NCBI GenBank assembly: GCA_964551375.1
Contig: CAZKBG010000001.1
Coordinates: 120,001-152,000 of the forward strand
Reading direction: 5' to 3'
DNA length: 32,000 bases
Origin: an uncultured archaeon
GTDB taxonomy: Archaea > Iainarchaeota > Iainarchaeia > Iainarchaeales > JAAZKV01
Below are positions 9,383 through 18,382 of the stretch, one piece after another (position 1 is the first letter of the stretch; each line of letters opens with the position of its first letter). The position numbers and the translations under genes are program-made. The notes under the pieces were generated by a model. The model saw nothing but the letters and a program-made list of their open reading frames with translations, was not told where the DNA came from and did not search any database.

Positions 9383-11641
9383 TTACTTTTTTATTTTTAA
9401 AATTAAAATGCCTTCTTTATTGTAAGCAGTTTCATAATACTTGCTTGTCTCATCGCTGTTCATCCAAACTTTAGCAAGATTAGTGTTATTCATTGTTGTA
9501 TTAAGCACAAGAACGCTTGTTTCTGATTTATAGTAGAAGATTGGCTCTGTTCCTTTATAAAAGTCATCAGGAGTTGATTTCCATTTTGTTGCAATGCTGT
9601 TCCACTGCGCCCTGTCAATTTCATTTCCATTGCAATATACTGTTGTGTTGTTGTCAGTGCAGCTCAATATTTGAACAATTCCTTGCTGGTACTTCGCTCC
9701 AAGTTTTGAATCAATTTTATTTGCTTTGTAATATTCAAATGTAGGCCCTGAATAGAACATTGAAGAATCAAGTATCACATAATCAGCGCCGATTGTTTTT
9801 GTCGCAATATAGTGTCCTCTATTAGCATCAGTGGTAATGGCAAACTCCGCAAGCGCCTGATTAGCTTCCATTGAATAGTTTCTGTTATCTGTGGAGTATT
9901 TTCTATCCGTAAGGAATGCAAGTATGTGTCCCTGGTCCCACCAATTAAAGAATTTAGCATCAGCCGGCGTGTTAGTTACTATCCAATTCTGCGCAGCTCT
10001 CCACTGAGGGTTCTCATCAACATAAGGAACATAATCAGGGAAGAATCTTGCCGAAGCTCCCACTCCTAAAATTATTAAAACAAATAAAACTCCAATTATC
10101 ACTCTTGCCTCAATTCCTCTCTCAATTGAGAATTTCTTCAGCCCTTCAATTAAAACAAATACTCCAAGCGCAACTGCGGGAGCAATTGCAAGCCCGAAAA
10201 TGAAAGTGAATTTTAATTTATACCATGCCATGAACAAAGTGATTGCCGTCCACAAAAAGAAAATAATTGCTGGGTGCAAATCTCTTCTTTTATACAAAAT
10301 TAAGCTGATTGGGAAAATTACAAGAGCAAGCCAAGGGAATATGATTAATTCATTATACTTAGTTCCGAAGAAGTTATATCCAACACTTTCTTCTCCAACC
10401 ATTGAAGCAAGCGTAGTTCTATCAGTTAGGTCAGGCTTAGTCATGAAAAAGAAAACCATTGCAATAAATGCAACGTAAAGCCCTATAACAACAACCCAAA
10501 TAAGATATTTCTTGTTTTCAGCGCTTGTTTTTGTAATCCAAAATGCGCTGATTAAAAATACTGCAATAATTGAAATGAGAGTTGCAATTAGAATAGTTAA
10601 GGTGCTTGTTCCTATTGCTCCGCCAACAAATCCTAACGCGTCGCTAATCCAGTCTTCTCCGTATCCGTAGGAGATTAAGTGGAAAATTATCATTGAAACA
10701 AAGATTTTGATTCCAAGAGTGATAGTGTGATTATCCTTCCAGTCCTTTGGAGCATGCTCTTGCTTAGTTGCAACATACCAAAGCGCAAATATAGTGTACC
10801 CTAAAACAATTAATGGAATAAGCAGGTAAACTTTCCAAGTCATGGACATTAATCCAAAGAATAATCCGCCAAGAGCCGCGTTAATTAGCGTGCTTTTATC
10901 AATCCCGTTTTGTTTTACTGCTCTAACAAAGAAAACAAATCCTATTACCATGAATAAGAATCCAAACGCGTTATCTCCCTGCGCTCCAGCCATAGTTCTG
11001 TAAGCAAAAGCAGGAGTAACCGCTGCAACAAAAGCAGTGATTAAGCCGATTTTTCTTCTGTTGAAAACTTCTTTTCCCAAAAAGTACATTACAAGACAAA
11101 TAAGCGAGCCAAAAATTACTGGATTAAGCTGCATCCACCACATTAAGAGCTCTTTATTGAATGGCTGACCCATCGCGAGAATATTATAGCCTAAGGCGCT
11201 GACGTAGTGGTAAATTTCCCACTGCTGAGGTAGTGATCCCCCTGCTTCAAGCTGGTAATATAATTGAGGATCAGGACTAATAATATGCCCTTGGGTAATG
11301 ATTTGTTCCACAAGCCTTGCGTGATAAAATGCATCAAACTCAAACAAGTAAGTGTATCTCATTAAGTGCGCTCTGATTCCAAATGCAAGTAGGAATACTG
11401 CGATTAATAAAAAAATAATTTGTCTATTATCCCAAAGGTATTGTTTAATTCCATCAATTGAGAATCCTTCTTTACCATGGTGCGCTTTGTGCTCTCCAAA
11501 GAAATGCTTTTTATGTTTGTTTTGATTAGTGTGCTCGTGCGAAGCAGAATGCTCGTGAGCATGGTGTTCAGTAGCATGCTCCGCTGAGTGCTCGTGTGAG
11601 TGCCCTTCGTGATTATGTTCATGAGTCTCTGTTTCGCTCAA
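9383..11641 (-). CDS. aglB: Oligosaccharyltransferase STT3 subunit / archaeal AglB
   Basis: About 750 aa, multi-TM, EFDAFYHARLVEQI acidic motif, AGAQGDN motif and C-terminal WWDQG (WWDxG) motif. Confidence 0.93.
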   Translation of the reverse strand: MSETETHEHNHEGHSHEHSAEHATEHHAHEHSASHEHTNQNKHKKHFFGEHKAHHGKEGFSIDGIKQYLWDNRQIIFLLIAVFLLAFGIRAHLMRYTYLFEFDAFYHARLVEQIITQGHIISPDPQLYYQLEAGGSLPQQWEIYHYVSALGYNILAMGQPFNKELLMWWMQLNPVIFGSLICLVMYFLGKEVFNRRKIGLITAFVAAVTPAFAYRTMAGAQGDNAFGFLFMVIGFVFFVRAVKQNGIDKSTLINAALGGLFFGLMSMTWKVYLLIPLIVLGYTIFALWYVATKQEHAPKDWKDNHTITLGIKIFVSMIIFHLISYGYGEDWISDALGFVGGAIGTSTLTILIATLISIIAVFLISAFWITKTSAENKKYLIWVVVIGLYVAFIAMVFFFMTKPDLTDRTTLASMVGEESVGYNFFGTKYNELIIFPWLALVIFPISLILYKRRDLHPAIIFFLWTAITLFMAWYKLKFTFIFGLAIAPAVALGVFVLIEGLKKFSIERGIEARVIIGVLFVLIILGVGASARFFPDYVPYVDENPQWRAAQNWIVTNTPADAKFFNWWDQGHILAFLTDRKYSTDNRNYSMEANQALAEFAITTDANRGHYIATKTIGADYVILDSSMFYSGPTFEYYKANKIDSKLGAKYQQGIVQILSCTDNNTTVYCNGNEIDRAQWNSIATKWKSTPDDFYKGTEPIFYYKSETSVLVLNTTMNNTNLAKVWMNSDETSKYYETAYNKEGILILKIKK

Positions 11642-11857
11642 ATTATCAACACCGGTTAGTCTCTAATAAACAGAAAGCATTACTTTAAAAACAAAACTAA
11701 AAGCTTTCATCTGCAAAACTTTACCAATTGTTTTTTATTAAGTTAATGCCCAAAAGTCTGGTAAAGCAAAATTAGAAATATTTGCTGTTTTTTATTTAGT
11801 TATAGAAGTTTTATTTTAAGTTTTAGTAAGTTTTGATTTAGTTTAGGGGTTATTTGA

Positions 11858-12694
11858 ATGGCTTTTAAGAAATTATTATTTGGCACAGCAGGAATTCCTC
11901 TTTCCACTCCAAATCCTTCCACAGTTGAGGGAATAAAATTTGTTAAAGAGCTTGGACTTGGCGGAATGGAGCTTGAATTTGTTCACTCGGTAAATGTTTC
12001 AGAAGAAAAAGCTCCTCTTGTAAAAAAAACAATGGTTGAAAATGAAATCAATCTAACCTGCCACGGCTCGTATTACATAAATCTTAACGCAGTTGAGAAA
12101 GAAAAGCAGGAAGCATCAGTTGGAAGAGTACTAAGCGCAGCAAGAAGAGCAGATGACTGCGGAGCATTTTCAATGACATTTCACCCAGCGTTTTACTTAA
12201 AAGATTCTCCAGCGCTTACTATGAAAAATGTGCTAATTCAAATGAAAAAAATTACTTCAGAGCTTAAATCTGAAGGACGAAAAATAAGCGTTCGTCCAGA
12301 AACAACAGGAAAAGGAACTCAGTTTGGCTCGCTTGATGAACTAATTGAACTAAGCTCACAGCTTGATAATGTATTTCCCTGTATTGATTTTTCCCATCTT
12401 CACGCAAGAAGCGGGGGAAAAATGAATTCATATGCTGAATTTATGGACGCGCTTGAGAAGAGCGAGAAAGTTCTTGGAAAAGAATACTTAAAGAACTTGC
12501 ACTGCCATGTTTCAGGAATTGCTTATTCTGAAAAAGGGGAAAAGCACCATTTGATTTTAAAAGAATCCGACTTTAAATACGCTGAACTTTTAAAAGCGCT
12601 AAAGGATATGAACTGCGCAGGGCTTATAATTTGCGAATCGCCAAATATTGAATCAGATGCTCTATTACTTAAGAAAACTTTTGATGATTTGTAG
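11858..12694 (+). CDS. Endonuclease IV / AP endonuclease family TIM-barrel protein
   Basis: LLFGTAGIPLSTPNPSTVEGIKFVKELGLGGMELEFV, INLTCHGSYYINLNA, SVRPETTGK, FPCIDFSHLHAR, LHCHVSGI and GLIICESPN. Confidence 0.82.
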   Translation: MAFKKLLFGTAGIPLSTPNPSTVEGIKFVKELGLGGMELEFVHSVNVSEEKAPLVKKTMVENEINLTCHGSYYINLNAVEKEKQEASVGRVLSAARRADDCGAFSMTFHPAFYLKDSPALTMKNVLIQMKKITSELKSEGRKISVRPETTGKGTQFGSLDELIELSSQLDNVFPCIDFSHLHARSGGKMNSYAEFMDALEKSEKVLGKEYLKNLHCHVSGIAYSEKGEKHHLILKESDFKYAELLKALKDMNCAGLIICESPNIESDALLLKKTFDDL

Positions 12695-12801
12695 GGGTAT
12701 TTTGTGATAATTAATATTGTACTGCAAGTTAGTACTTGTATTAGAAAAAGATAATTGGTGCTTGCGGCGTTTATTGCGCACAAGCATCTATTAATAAAAA
12801 A

Positions 12802-13023
12802 TTATTTTGTCTGTTCAACTTTGATGCACTTAACAGGGCACGCATTTGCTGCGTCCTTACTGCATCCAGCGTCCTTAACTACTTTAGCAAATAGTTTTCC
12901 TTCTTTTTTAGCTCCGATTAGAACGGCTTTGTCGCCTTCCATTTTCCAGTCGCTTGGGCAAATAGCCGCGCATGCTCCGCAACCAATGCATATATCGTGA
13001 TCCTGACTTACTTTAAATGGCAT
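12802..13023 (-). CDS. 4Fe-4S ferredoxin
   Basis: CIGCGACAAICP cluster motif plus C-terminal GCSKDAANACPVKCI. Best start is MPFKVSQ at 13023. Confidence 0.88.
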   Translation of the reverse strand: MPFKVSQDHDICIGCGACAAICPSDWKMEGDKAVLIGAKKEGKLFAKVVKDAGCSKDAANACPVKCIKVEQTK

Positions 13024-13210
13024 TAAATCCACCTCGATAGTGAGAAGATGATTTATTGAATTTATAAAACTTTGGAAAGCGTGGGAAAAGTAAAAATATG
13101 CCAAAAAATTAATTGTATTTAGTTTTTGACTTAATTAAGCAGCAAAAATCAGTAAGTAATAATTTTTGAAGTTGAATATTTTTGGAGACAACTCAAAATA
13201 AGTATTATGT

Positions 13211-13326
13211 GAAGACAGCGTTCGGCAAGCTCCACACGTAGTGCAGTGCTAACACCAATCCCTGCGATTCTTAACTTCCGGGTTCGGAATGGGTCCGGGT
13301 GTTTCTCTCGCGGTTTGGCCGTCTTC
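13211..13326 (-). rRNA. rrf: 5S ribosomal RNA
   Basis: Reverse complement GAAGACGGCCAAACCGCGAGAGAAACACCCGGACCCATTCCGAACCCGGAAGTTAAG...GTGTGGAGCTTGCCGAACGCTGTCTTC. Conserved CCCATTCCGAACCCGGAAGTTAAG core and a 9-bp terminal helix I. Confidence 0.95.
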
Positions 13327-13348
13327 ATACATATTGCTTCCTAGAAGG

Positions 13349-13356
13349 TTTATAAA
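13349..13356 (-). promoter_or_regulatory. Candidate TATA box for the 5S rRNA gene
   Basis: TTTATAAA centred about 26 nt upstream of the 5S 5' end (13326). Confidence 0.6.
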
Positions 13357-13428
13357 GGTTGCTTTAAGGCGTCAAAATTAGATATTGCCCAGACTAGCTG
13401 GGCAACTATTTGATTAAACTAAAACTGA

Positions 13429-13989
13429 TTAATCTGTGTTTTTGTTCTTCTTCTTTCCTCTTTTGGCAACCATCTGTTCAACAAGCTTTAATCCCTGTTT
13501 TAGGTGAGCTTCTTTTTTAGCTCCTGCGCAAATCATTTTGCCATTCTTGAACAATAAGAAAGTCAGTTTTGGCTCATCCATTCTAAGAATTGCTCCTGGG
13601 AATTGTTCTGGTTCATATTCAACATTATCAAGATTCATTGCTACATCAAACAAATCAAGGTTAATATCAAGCGAAGCTGTGGCAACGAAATTAACAATCT
13701 CAAATTCTACATTTCTCTTAATCTTAACTTCTTTTTGAACATCGTGAATCATTTTGTTTGCTTTTCTGATTCCCTGCTCAATCTGCTCTTCGCTGTTTGC
13801 TCCGGAACAGATAACTTTTCCGTTTTTGAATAATAACATTGAAACCTTTGGTTCTTTAATTTTTAGAATTGCTCCTGGGAATTGTTCAGGTTCATACTCA
13901 ATATTTGGTATGCCCACCGCCAGTGAATATAAGTCAAGATTTTGATCTAAAGAAGCCGCTGCAACCATGTTTACGATTGTATATTTCAT
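13429..13989 (-). CDS. tbp: TATA-binding protein (TBP)
   Basis: Two imperfect direct repeats, each containing ASLD.NLDL and EYEPEQFPGAIL...EPK...LLFKNGK.IC.GA, the classic TBP saddle repeat. Confidence 0.95.
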   Translation of the reverse strand: MKYTIVNMVAAASLDQNLDLYSLAVGIPNIEYEPEQFPGAILKIKEPKVSMLLFKNGKVICSGANSEEQIEQGIRKANKMIHDVQKEVKIKRNVEFEIVNFVATASLDINLDLFDVAMNLDNVEYEPEQFPGAILRMDEPKLTFLLFKNGKMICAGAKKEAHLKQGLKLVEQMVAKRGKKKNKNTD

Positions 13990-14191
13990 CATTAACACCC
14001 CGATGCCCAAAATGCCGTTTAAAAAGGCAAATTTCTATTAAATTATAATTAGTAAAGGTTTATAAAGGGGGTTTTTAAAGTATAAAAACTCTGTCCAAAA
14101 AATGGGGTTTTAGGATAAATTGGTTAATTTTGGAGATTTTGGCTAAATTATAGGCTATTTTATGCCTAAAAATATCGATTAGTTATTATAT

Positions 14192-15286
14192 TTGGGATTT
14201 GTAGTACAATGGATGCAAAAGCAAGTTCAAAAAGCGGTTTTGAGTTTTTCATTAATGGCAAAGAATGTGTTCGCTCTTGGCACAGGGCACTTCTTGACTG
14301 ATTTCATCTGCGCAGGAATTGTATTTACCGCTTACAAAACAACAAGCATTGCAGAAATAGCTGTTTTGATTCTGCTTTACAATATTTTTGCATTTGGACT
14401 CCAGCTGCCAATTGGGGTTTTGAGTGATTTTATAAAAAAGCCAAAAGAAATTGCTCTTTTAGGATTAGTTCTTTTAGTAATTTCAGTTTTGCTTCTTCCA
14501 TTCAGCCCTGCAGCTGCTATAATTCTATCAGCAATTGCAAACGCTATGTATCATATAGGCTCAGGAACAATTTCGCTTAACATTACTCCAAAAAAGGCAG
14601 CAGCTCCAGGGTTAGTAGTTGCTCCTGGCGCGATTGGATTATTCAGCGGAACGCTGATTGGAAAAGCAGGAATGTTTAATCCAATTATTATTGTGCCAGT
14701 AGTTATTGCACTTCTTTTGATTTGGAAAATTAAAATTCCAAAAATTGATTACTTTGCTGTTGTTCAAAAGAATATTCAAAAAAGCAATTTATTTATTGCA
14801 ATAATTTTGCTTGCATTAGTTTCAGTAGGCGCAAGGGCATTTGTTGGATTTAGCGTAGTATTTCCTTGGAAAACGGATATGCTTCTTTTAGTTGCGCTTG
14901 TCATGGGGGTATTTTTAGGAAAAGCTCTTGGAGGAGTGCTTGCTGATAAATTTGGCTGGATTAAAATAGGAGTGGGAGCATTAGTTCTTTCAATTCCTTT
15001 AATTTATTTAGGATACCAAATTCCAATTATTGGGATAATTGGTTTTTTCTTGTTTAATTTTACAATGCCAATAACTTTAGTATTAATTTCAAACTCAATG
15101 CCTGGAAAACCCGGCACTGCATTTGGACTCACCTGCCTTGCGTTGTTATTTGGCAGTTTGCCATTTTTTACCGAAGCAAAATCAATAATTGAAAACAATG
15201 TTTGGCTGTATTTGGTAATTGCAGTTTCAATCGCGAGTTTACTCGCAGGATTGATAATTTATTATAAAAAAGGAATGAATAAATAG
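14192..15286 (+). CDS. Major facilitator superfamily-like membrane transporter
   Basis: About 12 hydrophobic segments, LGTGHFLTDFICAGI and LPIGVLSDFIKKP, with a second-half GKALGGVLADKFG motif. Start uncertain (ATG at 14213 possible). Confidence 0.75.
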   Translation: MGFVVQWMQKQVQKAVLSFSLMAKNVFALGTGHFLTDFICAGIVFTAYKTTSIAEIAVLILLYNIFAFGLQLPIGVLSDFIKKPKEIALLGLVLLVISVLLLPFSPAAAIILSAIANAMYHIGSGTISLNITPKKAAAPGLVVAPGAIGLFSGTLIGKAGMFNPIIIVPVVIALLLIWKIKIPKIDYFAVVQKNIQKSNLFIAIILLALVSVGARAFVGFSVVFPWKTDMLLLVALVMGVFLGKALGGVLADKFGWIKIGVGALVLSIPLIYLGYQIPIIGIIGFFLFNFTMPITLVLISNSMPGKPGTAFGLTCLALLFGSLPFFTEAKSIIENNVWLYLVIAVSIASLLAGLIIYYKKGMNK

Positions 15287-15313
15287 TTCAAAATCATGGT
15301 TTAGTGAATAAAG

Positions 15314-15637
15314 ATGAAAAAATTATTTGCATTAGCAGTTCTGTTCGTGCTTATTTTCGTATTTGTATTTCCTTTTGCGCTTTCTGATGTAATTAAGGAG
15401 CCAAGCGATGCTCCTGTGCAGCCCGTTCTGGAAAAGGATGTTTCTTATGACATTAATTATTCAGACCCTGCATATGTTGCCGCGCAAGAAGCAGCATACT
15501 TGAATGAAAAAGAGCTTCAAAAAGCTGCTGAAGAGAAGGCGTTTCTAATTGGCGGTATTTCTGCAATAATATTCCTTGGAGCGGGGCTTTTCATTATTTC
15601 TCATTTGCATAAAGAAAATGAGGCGAGAAAAAAATGA
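15314..15637 (+). CDS. Small exported/membrane-anchored protein of unknown function
   Basis: Signal-like N-terminus MKKLFALAVLFVLIFVFVFPFALS, Glu/Ala-rich middle, C-terminal TM FLIGGISAIIFLGAGLFII. Confidence 0.6.
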   Translation: MKKLFALAVLFVLIFVFVFPFALSDVIKEPSDAPVQPVLEKDVSYDINYSDPAYVAAQEAAYLNEKELQKAAEEKAFLIGGISAIIFLGAGLFIISHLHKENEARKK

Positions 15638-16113
15638 ACTTAAAATCAAATTTAAAAAAATCAGGAGTTTTTGGATTTTTTTTTGTTTTGTTTTCTTTTG
15701 TTTTCTCAAATCCTATTGCTGTTGATGAAGTATTTCCACAACTTTACCTGCTTCCTTTGGACTATTATCTTGTCCCTATGCATATAGCGCTAAGCCTCAC
15801 GCTTGTTATTGAGCTCATTACTGGATTTGTTTTAGGTCTTAGAAAGAGAAATGACTTAATTGCAATAGTTGGCGTTAATTTAGCAACTAATCCTATTCTG
15901 AATTTTACAGTTATTGCAACCGGCTCTATTTTTTGGGTCATTGATCTAAGCGGTTATTATGATTGGTTTATCATATTGCTTGAAATAATTGTTATTGTTG
16001 TTGAAGCAGCTCTGCTTTGGTTTGCTCTAAAAAAACCTCTGTGGAAAATGATTATATTTTCTTTTGTAATGAATGCGGTTTCTTTTATTATTGGGCTAAT
16101 CCTGTTTGCATAG
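15634..16113 (+). CDS. Polytopic membrane protein of unknown function
   Basis: 159 aa with 4-5 hydrophobic segments. The ATG overlaps the upstream stop (ATGA). Confidence 0.6.
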   Translation: MNLKSNLKKSGVFGFFFVLFSFVFSNPIAVDEVFPQLYLLPLDYYLVPMHIALSLTLVIELITGFVLGLRKRNDLIAIVGVNLATNPILNFTVIATGSIFWVIDLSGYYDWFIILLEIIVIVVEAALLWFALKKPLWKMIIFSFVMNAVSFIIGLILFA

Positions 16114-16132
16114 AAAGTTTTCAAAGGCAAGT

Positions 16133-16744
16133 TTATTTCTTTCCATGTTTTCGCAGCCGCTGTTTTTTTAAAAACTTTTTGAACAAAGCGTGCTCATCTT
16201 CTATAAATCCGGGGTCGTAAGGGTCTTTATGGCGGATTTTTTGAAGCTGTGCTCTTCTTGATTTAGTTATTACTGCTGTGGAGTAGTGAAGCTCAGCTTT
16301 AGGAAATCTTTTCTTTAAATATTTTAAAATATTTGACTCAATTAAACTGCTTATTCCTTTTCCTTTAAGAATTTCGGCAAAAGTTAAATCTTCAAGACCG
16401 TGGTAAGAATTTAGAACACTGCTTAATGAATGCCCAAACGGATTGAACGCGCTGTATTTGATTATGCTTCCGTTGGTTGCTCCTGACACTCTTCCTATGG
16501 GAACTCTTGTTTTTACGCCGCTTCCAATAACATCTCTAATTATTCTCCCAGGCTCGCTTCCGGATAAAAATTCCCTAAATTCAGGCGAAGTTGCAACCAT
16601 TGAATTTGGCTTTATTCTTGATTTTTTGGTAATTCCAACATCGAACGCAAAATAGCTCCCAGTTTTGTCCAAAAAATGGGGGGTTATTTCAATGCAGTAA
16701 AAGTCGCTAACTGCTGCTTTTGAGGAATTATTTGCGCTTGGCAT
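16133..16744 (-). CDS. Conserved-looking hypothetical protein with basic C-terminus
   Basis: 203-aa ORF with globular composition (TPHFLDKTGSYFAFDVGITKKSRIKP..., LKYLKKRFPKAELHYSTAVITKSRRAQLQKI...). No family recognised. Confidence 0.55.
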   Translation of the reverse strand: MPSANNSSKAAVSDFYCIEITPHFLDKTGSYFAFDVGITKKSRIKPNSMVATSPEFREFLSGSEPGRIIRDVIGSGVKTRVPIGRVSGATNGSIIKYSAFNPFGHSLSSVLNSYHGLEDLTFAEILKGKGISSLIESNILKYLKKRFPKAELHYSTAVITKSRRAQLQKIRHKDPYDPGFIEDEHALFKKFLKKQRLRKHGKK

Positions 16745-16895
16745 ATCAATGTTTAGCCTTGTTAGGATAAAATCCTTTCCCCTTGCCTTTTCTCTTTTTA
16801 GCCATTTTTAGGAGGCGCTTATGAGTTGCTTTTTAAAGCTTTCTCTATCAAACTTTATTATTCAATTTAGTAAAATACAAAAAAAGGTGTAATAA

Positions 16896-17189
16896 ATGGT
16901 TGCAGGACACGCAAGAAAGCCGGGAAAAAGAGGAAAAACAAGAAGCAAGTTCAAAAAACACGGACCTAAAGTTAGTGTTAATGACATTATGAGAGAATTC
17001 GCAAAAGGCGACAAGGTTCAGATTGTTGTTGATTCAAGCTACCATAGCGGTTTGCCTGACAAGAGCTTCCACGGACTCACAGGAATTGTTGAGAAGAAAA
17101 GAGGGGAAGGCTACGAAATTGCTGTAATGAAGGGAGACCAGCCTTTGACAGTAGTAACAACTTCAGTTCACATGAAGAAGCTTGCATAA
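16896..17189 (+). CDS. rpl21e: Ribosomal protein L21e (eL21)
   Basis: HARKPGKRGKTRSKFKKHGPKVSVNDIMREFAKGDKVQIVVDSSYHSGLPDKSFHGLTGIVEKKRG. Confidence 0.93.
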   Translation: MVAGHARKPGKRGKTRSKFKKHGPKVSVNDIMREFAKGDKVQIVVDSSYHSGLPDKSFHGLTGIVEKKRGEGYEIAVMKGDQPLTVVTTSVHMKKLA

Positions 17190-17262
17190 AAATTGATTTT
17201 TTATTTAGAGTAAAATTTGAGTATTTGAGTTAGTAAAAATAAGGCAAATGAAGGTGTATTAT

Positions 17263-17616
17263 ATGGCAGTTCAAAGCAAAGTTTTGTCAATGAAACCCGT
17301 TACATTACACGAAGTGAAAGAAGTTCTAAAAGGCAGAAAAACTGACAAAGAACTAAATTACGAGCAGGACTTAACCTGGAAATACGTTGAAAAATTCGCT
17401 AAACTGACAGAAAAGCAGACTAATGATTTGCTTGAAGCATTAAAAGAAATTTCATTCTTAAAAGATAATGATTTGTTAAGGCACGAAATCGCAAATGTAA
17501 TACCTGCAAGGGTAGAGCAATTGCAATTAATGCTTCCAAAAGGAGTAACTCCTGCAGAAGACGAGCTAAAACAGGTTATTGAGCTCACAAAGAAGTTTGA
17601 GGAAAAGCTCGAATAA
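17263..17616 (+). CDS. rpoF: DNA-directed RNA polymerase subunit F (Rpb4)
   Basis: LKGRKTDKELNYEQDLTWKYVEKFAKLTEKQTNDLLEAL and IANVIPARVEQLQLMLPKG, between L21e and DUF655 as in many archaea. Confidence 0.88.
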   Translation: MAVQSKVLSMKPVTLHEVKEVLKGRKTDKELNYEQDLTWKYVEKFAKLTEKQTNDLLEALKEISFLKDNDLLRHEIANVIPARVEQLQLMLPKGVTPAEDELKQVIELTKKFEEKLE

Positions 17617-17746
17617 AGCTTTTTTTCGCTTTTCCACATCAAACAAAGGAGCGATTTTTTCAGCTAAAGAACATTATTTAAGGAGAAACAACAGAGTATA
17701 TTGATTCGGGGAATTAAGATTTTTTGGGTATTTAGGGGGAGAGATT

Positions 17747-18340
17747 ATGACTGCAGAAGAAAATGCACTGGTTTTGGATTACATGCCAAAAGGCAAGCCA
17801 AGCGCGCCAAAAACAGAGGCGTTAGCACAGGTAATTGGAAAAGATTTCTTTACTCTCCTTGAAGTAGTGCCAAAAGCAGGAATTGCGCTTAATGTTGGCG
17901 AAGAAGTTTATGTTGGAAAGGACGAGCGCCCAAAAGTAGAGCTTGTTAAGGGAAGAATTTCATTTAGAGACTTGACTTCAAATTCTCTTTCAGAGCTTGA
18001 AGAAGTAGTTACAAAAATAATCTTGGGAAATAAGGACAAGTACCTTGCTTTCTTTAATACTTCAAGAGCAATTTCGCTAAGAAGACACCAGCTTGAGCTT
18101 CTTCCAGGGATGGGCAAAAAGCACATGCTTGCAGTTCTTGATGAAAGAGAAAAAAAGCCGTTCGCATCGCTTGAAGAAATTGTTACAAGAGTAAAAGGAA
18201 CTCCAGATCCTGTAAAATCAATTGTTAAAAGAATTGTTGAAGAGCTTGAAGGTCCAGAAGACAAGCATTACATTTTTGTTCGCCCTCCAGCAGAGCCAAG
18301 GCCTGCAAGATTTGAGAGATTCGGGCCAAGACGCTTCTAA
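17747..18340 (+). CDS. DUF655 family protein (helix-hairpin-helix nucleic-acid-binding)
   Basis: ALVLDYMPKGKP, FTLLEVVPKAGIALNVGEEVYVGKD and LELLPGMGKKHMLAVLDEREKKPFASLEEI; conserved rpoF-DUF655-ksgA order. Confidence 0.88.
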   Translation: MTAEENALVLDYMPKGKPSAPKTEALAQVIGKDFFTLLEVVPKAGIALNVGEEVYVGKDERPKVELVKGRISFRDLTSNSLSELEEVVTKIILGNKDKYLAFFNTSRAISLRRHQLELLPGMGKKHMLAVLDEREKKPFASLEEIVTRVKGTPDPVKSIVKRIVEELEGPEDKHYIFVRPPAEPRPARFERFGPRRF

Positions 18341-18382
18341 AGTTCTGGCGCAAGAAATTATTGAAGAAATTGTTGATTAGTT

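Noticed and set aside
11858-12694. Endonuclease IV-like protein as a sugar isomerase of the glycan island
   Set aside because: TIM-barrel AP-endonuclease features (LTCHGSYYINL, IDFSHLHAR) fit the Nfo family better, though substrate cannot be proven from sequence.
17908-18264. 118-aa minus-strand ORF opposite DUF655
   Set aside because: Ser-rich shadow translation of a conserved gene.
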